Positions 1 through 10,749 of a stretch of 64,000 nucleotides of DNA are shown here, piece by piece. The stretch is from the NCBI GenBank assembly GCA_024704765.1, contig JAKMXF010000310.1:496001-560000 (forward strand), read 5' to 3'. The position numbers and the translations under genes are program-made. Source of the DNA: Oopsacas minuta (lineage: Eukaryota > Animalia > Porifera). Under the pieces are notes generated by a model. That model saw nothing but the letters and a program-made list of their open reading frames with translations. It did not search any database and was not told where the DNA came from. How positions within the stretch are numbered: position 1 is the first letter of the stretch; each line of letters opens with the position of its first letter.

Positions 1-912
1 ACGATAGGGTTTTGGCCCAACTCATGTATAATGAAGCACTTTTACAGAAAAAATACTGGAATTCCCTGGACGCCCCCCTGAGGGTCCTATAAATTAATTA
101 TAGAGAAAGAAAGAAATACGTAGCTGTTATTTACTACATTTTGATCCAATGAATATCATTGAAATTCTCTGAATATCTCCTCTAATTGACATTTACAAAA
201 GTTTGACAACTGAGGTGCCAGCTGTTCCACATTCAATAATATTTTGCTTCGGTTAAAACTTATGAGTACTAGATAATATTCGAATTAAAATCTTACTCAA
301 AAGTGTCTATATCTGCATGTTACACTTTAGTATTAATAGTTACAAATATTTACCAAAATTATAAAATATCTGTACAAACCAGTGATTATTTCAAATAATG
401 ACTGTGATTTGAACACTTAATCTCATAGTACATTAAATGGTAACATTATTTGCATTAGCAAATGTGCTAACAAGCCACGAAACTGCACTAGGCATGGAAA
501 TGAATAGATATTAGTAGTTTAAACATAACAAATGTTCTAATTATCACGTACGAGACATAAGCAATTTGTATATCCGAGATCTCTCTATTTCTTTGTGACA
601 GTTTTGTGGTAGAAACTTTGATCTGAGGTATGAATGAATAGAATTTATCAATAGATGCTAATCATCAATTAAATAAGTAAATTTCTTTACAAACTAGTTT
701 GTAATTAATAATTGAGCCATCATTCGTCATCTCCCATTTGAAATAATTATTTTATCAAATTAACGAACTGTCTCATTAACACTATTCTTTCCTGAAGATG
801 ATAATGAAGGTCTTTCGCGAATATCCACTAATAATTGAACGCTTTTTGTAAATTTGAATTTAATCAGATTTATAATTCTAACATAATTATTCAATTAGTT
901 ATTCACTGTTAG

Positions 913-2229
913 TTATGTATTATACGGACACTGTCTTCTCTTATGAGAATAATCTTTACAAATATGACATTTACTTCTGGTATCTTCGGGAGCTAGACAT
1001 GCTACATTCACAGGATGGCATACTCTACATCTCAGACAGTGCTTGAAACTCTCTTTTACACATTTCCCGCATGTGTCACAATGGTGATTGCTGCATCCAT
1101 CAGCTGATTCACAGCTGTTACATTTACTACAATGACTTGCATTAGTAAATACAAACATATTGCAATCCTCACAAAACTTATATTCATTAGATCTTGTTGG
1201 TAGTTTGAATTGTTGTATCGGAATATTTGTAAATATTCTAACAGGACTGCCTCTCTTACATTTAGCATATTTATATTCGTATTTTACTCTGTACTGTAAC
1301 ATACAAAAATTCGTCTTTTGTATAATTTCTGTACCATTGAAGTAAGGAAATATCCAAAGAGTAGGTACTCCACCTGTTAGAACTGATTCATTCCAGCCTA
1401 CTAATTTCCACAGTCTCTGTAGGCTAGAATATATCACGTCAACCTTTGCACCAAACGGAATATCTAATACCACAAGAACCAGTGATAATTCGGTAGAAGA
1501 GATGAAATTCTGTAATTTTACTGCTCCATTTGAAGAATAGAAATGTGTATTAAATAGATTGAACCGTTGATATAGATTTGGGTTGAAGAACTGACCGTAT
1601 TTAGGATCTAGGTCTAGTAGGAAAGTACACACATCTCTTGAGCTATCAGATAATATAGATTCGTGTAATGTAGGAGTACCAATACATATAACTCGCTTGA
1701 CACCTAGCTCAGATATATTGTCATTAATAACCTGTAAAGTAGAGGAGGTAAAGTATTCCTGAGCAAATGAAGTCCTCTCTCTGTCAGGAAGGAATATTCT
1801 AGAAGGTTGTAACAGCTGTTGTACTGAAATACACTGTTGTATTGTATGAGTTTTGTGCTCATTTGTCTCATCAGATAAGAGTAGAGTCTCACAAGTTAAA
1901 CATACTCTGCGACACTCATCAGATGTATAATTAATAAAGGATTTGAGACGATTCCGTAATCTCTTCCATTTATTCTTTCTTTTGTTTCTTTCAAAAGTTT
2001 TCAAATTAGCTGCTTGTCTTTTCTTATCAATACTTGAATCTACCCATTGAAAAAACGGGCATCCTTTCTTCGTCCTGTGTACAGCACAAGCAAAGAACTT
2101 TCTAGAAGGTCTATCTTTAAGGTATCTCCTGAAGAGAATAGTGGGTCCGTGTGCACAGTATGGTGTGATTACGTCATCAGGAGTATCACAGTAATCTACG
2201 CCTAAGTATGCTGTATTACCTAATTTCAT
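913..2229 (-). CDS. ZCCHC4: rRNA N6-adenosine methyltransferase ZCCHC4 (GRF zinc finger, MTase domain, C-terminal Cys/His-rich region, CCHC knuckle)
   Basis: 438-aa single-exon ORF. N-terminal CAHGPT...FFACAVHR..CPFFQW (GRF-type zinc finger), CIGTPTLHE, LLDLD, YQRFNLFN, LWIFPYF, tandem CxxC/H motifs and terminal CHICKDYSHKRRQCP knuckle. Motif IV reads DIPF rather than DPPF. Confidence 0.93.
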   Translation of the reverse strand: MKLGNTAYLGVDYCDTPDDVITPYCAHGPTILFRRYLKDRPSRKFFACAVHRTKKGCPFFQWVDSSIDKKRQAANLKTFERNKRKNKWKRLRNRLKSFINYTSDECRRVCLTCETLLLSDETNEHKTHTIQQCISVQQLLQPSRIFLPDRERTSFAQEYFTSSTLQVINDNISELGVKRVICIGTPTLHESILSDSSRDVCTFLLDLDPKYGQFFNPNLYQRFNLFNTHFYSSNGAVKLQNFISSTELSLVLVVLDIPFGAKVDVIYSSLQRLWKLVGWNESVLTGGVPTLWIFPYFNGTEIIQKTNFCMLQYRVKYEYKYAKCKRGSPVRIFTNIPIQQFKLPTRSNEYKFCEDCNMFVFTNASHCSKCNSCESADGCSNHHCDTCGKCVKESFKHCLRCRVCHPVNVACLAPEDTRSKCHICKDYSHKRRQCPYNT

Positions 2230-2523
2230 GCTAATGGTAGAAACATACTATAAGCACAAATTAATGTAATCACCTGATAGATAGACTCTAATCAAATATT
2301 ATTTATTACAACACTTATGGAGGTGGTACAGAAATCTTCTCTTTTAAACAATTCTTATCAATAATATATATTCACACAATTATTATAGACATCTAACAAT
2401 GTGATTTATTCGCTAATTGACTAAATACGAATTTTATTATCAGTTACAAGTAATTACATGATTATTCTAACAGATTACTGAGTATTTTAGTGATAGCACT
2501 AATACAATACAAATTATACTGAG
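2230..2523. promoter_or_regulatory. Probable bidirectional promoter between head-to-head ZCCHC4 and the dsRBM gene
   Basis: Divergent start codons 294 bp apart across an AT-rich spacer. Inferred from geometry only; no motif identified. Confidence 0.35.
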
Positions 2524-3813
2524 ATGGATGAGCTGATAAGAAAAGGCTTTAAAGCTAAAAGCACCTTCAAGGAAGAAAACCACCAGTTCCTGGCTGTGCT
2601 AGAGATTGAGGGTATCAACGAGAGTTTCTCCACCTACAGTAATACCAGATTAGCTGCTAAGAACGCAGCAGCTAATTTAGCTCAGCAACACATAACTAAT
2701 AATAATCTGATCGCTTCTCAGCTCTACGCTAATAATAATGTATTTAAATCTGAAGCTTCTGTGGATGTAGCTAAAGAGGAAGCACCCAATCAAATGTTCA
2801 GGAGACTTTATCCTGATGTTGAGGCTGTGTTTGAGTCTGTTTGTATTATTCGAATGGGAGAGAATGAGTTTCAGGGACGTGGTGAGTCGAGAGGATTAGC
2901 AAGGGTGAGAGCTACTGCCAGTGCATTAGAGACGCTAAACGGAGTAACCTTTGACCTAGAAAAGTACGTAACCATTGTAAAGAAGGAAGTCAAAGATAGC
3001 AAAGCCACTGAGAAGCATCCAGCATCCGCACTACACGAGGTTGTAGGACATAATGCTGTATTCACTTTTGAGGAAGAAATAACGCCGGGATCTGAATGGA
3101 AGACATTTATTTGCAACGTATGTATAGACGATAAGCTATTTTCTGGGAAGGCAGCTAACAAGAGACTAGCTAAGTATAACGCAGCACTGACAGCTCTGAA
3201 TGGACTAGGACTCACTAAGAGGTTTAGATTAATGCCGCCTCCAGTTGACAACACACCTCTGCACTCGGATACTGGGATCAAACGGAGAGGAGACCAGTTG
3301 ACGGGTGCAGGTCGCTTTGATACCCTGAAGAGAGGAAGGGGAGGCCCTGGAGGTCTGGCAGCAAGGGGAAGAAGAGGTGGGAGTATTAGCTCTCTTTCCT
3401 TTGATCAAAGATTGAACATTAGTACCCCTCAAAAATTTGATCGAGGACGCGAACGATTACGCGGACGTTGGCGTGCGAGCTCCAGCTCGAGAGGAGGTCC
3501 AAGCTCCAGCTCGAGAGGAGGTCCAAGCTATCGTGGCCGAGAGCAGGCTGTAGGAGACTACTCTACAGCTTCGTTTCTTCCACATGTTATGCAAGAGCCA
3601 GGTTACGGAGCTTCTCTAGACCCGTACCCCGGCTACACAGACTATTCATCAGGAATGCAGAGCTATAATCAGGACTATGAACCTGGTTATAACTCAGGGT
3701 TTAGCTATACCTACCCCACTACTACCCCTCCCCGACTAACACCTAGAGGCGGAAGAGGCCGTCCTTATTCCCAACAGAGAGGGAATACAGGATATGATGC
3801 TTATCAGTACTAA
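2524..3813 (+). CDS. dsRNA-binding-motif protein (two to three dsRBM-like domains) with an RGG-rich and Y/S/G/Q/P-rich low-complexity tail
   Basis: 429-aa ORF. KHPASALHEV...FICNVCIDDKLFSGKAANKRLAKYNAALTAL is a typical dsRBM. Two weaker dsRBM-like segments precede it (AAKNAAA; FQGRGESRGLARVRATASALETL). Multiple RGG/RGR boxes, a 24-bp tandem duplication at about 3479-3526 (SSSRGGPS x2) and a C-terminal RGGRGRPY. Confidence 0.75.
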   Translation: MDELIRKGFKAKSTFKEENHQFLAVLEIEGINESFSTYSNTRLAAKNAAANLAQQHITNNNLIASQLYANNNVFKSEASVDVAKEEAPNQMFRRLYPDVEAVFESVCIIRMGENEFQGRGESRGLARVRATASALETLNGVTFDLEKYVTIVKKEVKDSKATEKHPASALHEVVGHNAVFTFEEEITPGSEWKTFICNVCIDDKLFSGKAANKRLAKYNAALTALNGLGLTKRFRLMPPPVDNTPLHSDTGIKRRGDQLTGAGRFDTLKRGRGGPGGLAARGRRGGSISSLSFDQRLNISTPQKFDRGRERLRGRWRASSSSRGGPSSSSRGGPSYRGREQAVGDYSTASFLPHVMQEPGYGASLDPYPGYTDYSSGMQSYNQDYEPGYNSGFSYTYPTTTPPRLTPRGGRGRPYSQQRGNTGYDAYQY

Positions 3814-4501
3814 TATAGACCTAGCATGTCATAACGATATATTCCTTAGACTGTAGAATTAGTTTAGATACAATACTACTTATTCTACTCTCTGCTATTA
3901 CATTATTCTGTGAATCCCATCATATTATTGGTAGGATTTTCATCGAATAAAATTATTGCATATAAATATTTAATACAGAAAATTATTAGTAATTTTCCTT
4001 GGAATATATCGTAGTAAATACGTTTTACCACACTTAACATTGTATCGAAAATGTCAAATTTAAACTTGTTAACTCGGCTAAATTTGGACACATTCGTTCC
4101 AGGAATTTATACTGAATTAACAGAGTTACCAATTGGAAAATACTTTGTAGTAATTTCCACCAATGAAGGAGGTCGGGTCTGAATCTTCCTAGGATTTGTG
4201 CCTCTATCCCGAATAACCGGCAACAGGTTAATGCTTAAGTGGAAAAGACTGTATATTAGTTGTAAGTCTACGTATATACAACTAACCAACCAATGAGGGT
4301 CCCTTCACAACTCAATAACTGAATAGTGATTAGTCAATGGTTTATAAAGGCGTATATTTTATCTCAAATAATATAAGAGTTAGTCACTCAAGAATTGATG
4401 GCTCACGAATCAAAATTGATTTGCGAGTCTTGTGCGTAGGGCTCAAAACGAATATTCGTATATTCGTTTTTTCCTCCTTTTGAATAACTATGAACAGTTG
4501 A

Positions 4502-4572
4502 ATTGAAATGTCCTGTAAATATAAATCCGGGAAATTAATATTCCCGGATTTATACGTACAGGACATTTCAAT
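4502..4572. repeat. 71-bp near-perfect palindrome (about 32-bp stem, 7-nt loop)
   Basis: ATTGAAATGTCCTGTAAATATAAATCCGGGAA-attaata-TTCCCGGATTTATACGTACAGGACATTTCAAT; two mismatches in the stem. Confidence 0.85.
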
Positions 4573-4893
4573 CGAAAAAGAAATCAAGATATGAAATTAT
4601 GTCTGATATTTTAGTAACTTTAGTCTCTGGTTACTTGTCCTTACGATAATATAATTATTGGAAGGACGAATTCAGAAAATTAATTAATTAGTTGTCATCT
4701 TATTTCTTATTAACCACCAGGAACACATATGTACTGATTACAGCAAAAACTAATTAAGTATTTATAATTTTGTATATAATCGTATGAATTATTTCTCGTA
4801 TAAGTTTTGTCAAGTTTGCAAAACTCGACTAATTATCAATATTACAGTATTTGATATATGAATATATGATATTGAGTACAGATTAGCTTTTAG

Positions 4894-7800
4894 ATGGCAC
4901 AATTTGAATCAGCTAGAAGTAGTGAGGTTAATTCTAACGGCACGACTAATCTCAAATCATTTGAAGTAAGTTTATTATTATGTCAATTGTTAATTTATCC
5001 GGATCAGACTGCATGCTTTTAATTTCTACAAATGATGTACTAAAATGGTTAATGATCACCCAAAAGATGTGGGATAAACTTTTAGAAAAATAGAACGCCA
5101 GATAGAAATCTCCACCAAATGTATAATCACCGTGTAATCGGAACGTTAGATTTTCGCACGGCCGCACAGCCAGATTCTACAGTATGTTGTCATAATTAGT
5201 TAATATTTATGAATGTCATTTGGGATACAATTTTATCCGAGAAAATTCACAATTCATAATTTGAAGTATACCGTAAACTGGGGCTACTTTGGCCCACTGG
5301 GTTTGCTTTAGCCCAAATATTGAAATTTGCTTACGTATCAAATAGATATTGTATTTGTATTCGAAATTGTCTACCGATATTTGAAAATTCGTTAATAATT
5401 TGGCAAGTCATATTCAAGTATAATACTGAATCTAATCTAGTTTCTTTGAAACTTTGATATTTGGGCTAAAGCAAACCCAGTGGGCCAAAGTAGCCCCAGA
5501 CTACGGTACTATATTTATCTACCTATAATAATAGGGAATAGTTGATTTCTGGGACGGTACAATTACACAAGATAGGATCCTTGAGAACAAGATAAAGTGG
5601 AAAAAGAGATGCTTAGAACTGCAAGCTAGTAAAGGTGTCTACATATACCTACTTCTATACAAACCTACACACAGGAAGAAGAAACATATACATGTTCCCC
5701 TATTAAAGTTTGCTCTAGCAGATGAGACTAGTTCTATATACATAGGACCTAATTTCAAGAATAAATATACATTCGATGTGGGAGTGAGGATTGGAAAATT
5801 ATTCATGCGCTACAGATTCGGTGTGGAATCAGAGGAGTCAAGGAACAGATGGATTTATGAGATTGTTACAAGTTTCTATATCAACCCTAACACACCACAC
5901 AGTAAGTATAGTATTGATTAAATATGACTCTGTATGCAGGGAGTGATTACCTGCATATAGCATTTCTATTGCATGCTCTTGCACATAGCAGCACAGTGTT
6001 TAAGATATAGTGAGAGTTTATAGGACGCAGGTGTTACAACCAGTGTGATATATATAGAAGAATTTCGTTAAGATAAACATTGTTAATCCAAAACAGCTAA
6101 TAATTTCATCTGTACACATTTTAACCTCCTATAATGCCTTTTCAATGATAATCACATCTGTTATATACAAATTCGCATAAGCAGTACCATCCCACCCGAT
6201 CATATCATATTAACGAGAGCTAGAGTCTAACCTAGCAACTAGTAGGTGTATGAAAAAATATCCCATAATAATATAGATTATTTTAGTTGGATAATTCGAA
6301 GTATGAAATGCTTGGGAAAGGAATATACGTAACTAAAGAAATCGATTATTGACTCAGTAATACAGTAAATATAAAATAATAATACAAAAGCGCAATACAT
6401 ATGCCATCCGCACTGCTGGTTCTATTCTAATTGCTCTCATTATGGCAATTATGGTGATGCATTTATCTGGCTATTTATTAATTACAGTGCAAATCCTATA
6501 AGTGGAGCCTCTATAAATGGGGAACCTCTATAAGCGGGGAGTGGGGAATGTGGCGTACTTTAGAGATAATTATGCGTTACACCATTGAAATTACCTCTAT
6601 AACTATAAGTGGGCATTTTAAGATAAAATTTCTTGAATCATCAATTTTGTGCTAAATTTGGAAAAACGTTTTTATCGCTATGATGAATTAAATTTTTGGT
6701 TTTCTTAGAAAAATACCAAATTCGTATATTCAACCAACCTTAGGGCATATTATAATAATAAAATATCATTGGAAAACAGTCGTTGGAGGAAGTGGCTATA
6801 CATATAGACCTACTGTTAAATTAATTATATTTGTTATATTCTAGGTTTAAAGTATTTAGTAACACCCATGAACACACCAACTGTTATGAAGCTAAGGATG
6901 AACGAGCCCTCTTACCTACTTCTCTTCAAAGATCATATTGAAATCTGCCGCTTGTCAGATCTAGCCAGGATCGGTAAATGGTCCATATTATCAGTCCATT
7001 CATACACTACAGATAAAAATATATTCACAATTAAATTTAGACAAAATTCCATGTACGGAGAAATCGAAGTTCCATTCTGTTCCGATTATACAGTTGAGCT
7101 GTTCAGAATTCTAAACTCCCTAGTCACTACAGGAGAATTCCCTGAATTACCTCAAGTACAAACACTAGGTATTAGGAGAAATAAAGTTGTTAAGAAATCT
7201 CCAGTGTCACATCCACTTCCTGGCATGAAAGAGAGAAGCGACTGTCCGAAGAGTCCATACATGTCTCCAATATTGGGTCAGAGAAATAATGGAGAGTATA
7301 GAGTCAAAAAGACAGTATCAAATCCTGATAATAATAAGATATTTCCTGTCAATAACCTTGACCCTTCACGTCTCAACACCGCACCACACCCACATTCTCC
7401 AGAGAGGAAGTTAGTATACAGGCAGAAGCAAAGAGCTAATAATATTATATCTGAAGTTTCAAACAACGAATTTGACGTATACTCAAGACTAAACCACTTC
7501 CCTGAAATAAATGCAAGAAATAAAGAAAAGTTCCCTTTACTTAGAACTGATGACGTAACGACATATTCGGAACAGTCTCAAGCCAGTCACTCCACTGGCA
7601 ACATTCCTACCTTATATTCTGCTATAGCTTCTACTTCTCAGAACGGACATTACAGCGTAGCTAATTTTCATAAAACTCCTGAAATGGACAGAAAACGTTT
7701 TAATGAAGCTAGTCTCTTTATTCGCAGAAATTCAGATCGGGATTTATCCCATAAACCTGACGTGAGTTTTCCTGCAGCACTACCTCTAATGAAGACAAAC

Positions 7801-8136
7801 TCTCTTCACGATATGCTTTCCGATGATGAAAATCCATATGACGTAATATCTGATCCTCCCGTGCCACCGCCAAAAGGTGTAAGAAAACCCATCTTTCTCA
7901 AAAAGCCCCTTCCTCCTCCTCCTCCCCCTCAACCAAATGATTACTTATCTGTTACTCTACCGGAGAGAGGCCACGGACTAAGAGGAATGAAGAAATCTCC
8001 ATCAACTGGTAATCATATAGGATTTGGCAACTTTCCCCTTGAGGAGAATAGACAATGGGTAAATGAAACAAATCAAAAACCTGGGTTTACATCTCCACAA
8101 CACATCGTACTCGAGGATATTAAAGAATCTACATAG
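4894..8136 (+). CDS. PH-PTB adaptor protein, DOK/IRS-like, paralog A (exons 4894-4926, 5535-5901, 6845-8136; about 563 aa)
   Basis: Exon 5535-5901, absent from the ORF track, encodes a PH domain (KIKWKKRCLELQASKGVYIYLLLYK...RFGVESEESRNRWIYEI). A phase-1 GTAAGT intron joins in frame to 6845 (LKYLVTPMNT..., IRS-type PTB ...WSILSVHSY...SMYGEI). The tail is Pro/Tyr-rich. Exon 1 (MAQFESARSSE, donor GAG|GTTAAT identical to paralog B) is the least certain part. Confidence 0.75.
5271..5506. mobile_element. Tc1/mariner-pogo-type MITE, 236 bp, in intron 1 of adaptor A
   Basis: About 50-bp TIRs CCGTAAACTGGGGCTACTTTGGCCCACTGGGTTTGCTTTAGCCCAAATAT and its near-perfect inverse; TA on both sides. Second copy at 61921-62136. 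Confidence 0.9.
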
Positions 8137-10749
8137 ACTGTTACCTGGACAACTTTAATCAAACCTAATGCTGTATAGAGAGAGAAGATATTTATATAAT
8201 GCTCTTGTTTGATGCATGCTTTATTTTGAAATCGTATTTTTATTGTTGTAATTACTTTTTGAATGCCTGTTACATTTTTCTTATCAAGGTTAGACAGTAC
8301 TGGAATAATCAAATTTGAATAAGGTTAGAGCGTGACAAACCGGGACTAAAATTTTCTCCGAGGTTTCCTAAATAACTAGGACCAACCTGTACCCCGCAGC
8401 TTATGGAGTTACACCTGCTTTAAATTCGAATATTTTTCTCAATGTAGTTTCGTCCTATCTTATTTAGGGATATAAATATAAGCCAATAATTTATAGCTAG
8501 TCTATGAGCTAGTGAGGTTGATCGGTACGACCTCGAGGGACGGATGTTAATGATTATTTTTGGTAACTACTTGTACCTATATATTTCCAGAGTTGAACAT
8601 TATGATCGACTTGTAGGATTAGTAGTCATTTGAGGCTTAAATGACTACTCAAATACAGCGAGCTAGATATACAGCTGTACCATCAGTTAGAATTGCATTA
8701 ATTTGAATAACTGCAATTGGCAATATTCCTTATGGAATCAACAACAGGTGCCCCAGCTTAAGTACAAGTATATAACCTATATTTTTAAAACTCAATTATT
8801 GTGTGTGTTGAGTGTTTGTTTGTTTGTTACTAAAGTTCGAGAATCACGTAGATTCGCGACAGATTAATTAATTATTAGATTAAATGTCAGTCTTCCGAAA
8901 ATTCTTTCTCTTTTAGAGGATTATTTCCATTCTATCCATGTACTACTATGTTACAATTGCAATAGCAACACCTGCTATCCACATAATTATAAATTACTGA
9001 TTCTACGAAATTAAACGTATCTTAACAACGGACAAACAGACAGAAAATCGAATTTGTCACATGTAAATCAATAGTTCTCAGCTCCTCAGATTAATAGGAT
9101 CACTTCGGAACTAGGCTATTTTGACCCGATTAACCGGGATAACGCTGTTGACTCGAGTAACAGGAGAAGGTTAACACTATTCGTATGGTTTGTTTCTGGC
9201 TATTAATCCGATTAACCGGCTGATGCTGTATTAAAAACTAGCTAGCGAGCATTCTACCCTCTACGAAATTGTCAAATTAATCTATAAATAGGTTAATTAT
9301 CAGGAAATCTAATCATCCACCAGGGATTTTAAGGATAAAAGTCCGAAGCACTAGTGATTAAATTTACGTTAGAATTATTCTGAGTAGATTAATACTATTC
9401 TATTGAAATTTGGGACTTGACATGTGAGGGTAATTACACCTGGAATCATTTCTCTTACTAGAATAAATTATGATAAGATCAACATTTTGGATTATTATTT
9501 CTCGAAAGATTACCCAATTCGAACACACACATTACTATATTACAAATGTTATCTGGATACTAGAAAGTAGAGCTTATAAATATTGGAATAGTCAGGTCCA
9601 ATTTTCTCATAATTCTTAACACACAAATAAGATGTTGATCCCCAACGAATAAATTATATAATTCCTAACCTACGCAATTAATTAGAATATTCGTGTGAAT
9701 AATTAATTATACAGCATCGTTTATTGGATAATTGAGAGCTTGTGTATAATCTGAGGTTGATTTCATTCGATAATATAATTATTTCATATATAAAGTACAA
9801 GTAATTCCCGATGAAGTTAGCTGTACTTTTCGTATTACAGTAGAACTTAAGACTTACCAGTGCCACCTCGGGAATCAAGAGTACTTCTAACCGGGTTCTA
9901 CTGTAGGATTGTAATCATTGTATTATAATTTCTAGAACTCTGGACAAATTATTTGTTAGGTCATAGCCTACCAATAGCCAACCTACCATACCATAGCCTA
10001 CGCTAATGCCAAATTACCAATTTCTAAGAGTTAATAAGTAAATTATCCAATACATGCATACCTATACCAGCAACATGTGTACTAATATCTTATTGTAAAC
10101 TAACAAATAATGGATACAAGATGAGGGCTCTCCATTATTTGGTGTCAGTACCAAATATCTTTAAGATTTTATAATAACTACATAGTTGCAGTATTATTGT
10201 CTAGATAAATAATAATATATCCCTAATATTCTGATTATTGACTTCTAATTAACTTAATGTTGCTGTTATTTCAGTTACTTCATCTAATTATTTGGAATTT
10301 CTAATCAATTCTAAAAATAATATATAGATTACACATATATTTACTAACTGATTTTAGAAAATCATGATGTTAGTATATATTACATTCGTAAGGTCTCAAA
10401 AGAAACAAACAAAACGCCTTTTCTAAAAAAGGGGTAACCTATTCACACCAAGAAATTTTGTTGACGAATCTTGTCCACTTTATTTTATAAATTATCAGTA
10501 TTGGTAGTGTCAGAATAATTTTATACTTAAACTTTAAAAATTACAATTATTGGGTTTAAATTCCAGTAATCGAATATCTGTATACTAAATTTAATTAATC
10601 CCAACAATATTATTGCAGACATATAGTCTTAAGTATACAAGATTCATTGAATCGAATTGAAACTATGTACTAGCAGTATTTAGTATTTAAATAGGTAAGG
10701 ATTACGAGCTAATAGTAAAATCGAATATAATTTTCATAATATACTCTCT

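Noticed and set aside
1-900. Short coding-like minus-strand stretches downstream of ZCCHC4
   Set aside because: Only short open frames with no recognisable motif or consistent splice chain; may be part of a gene extending off the window.
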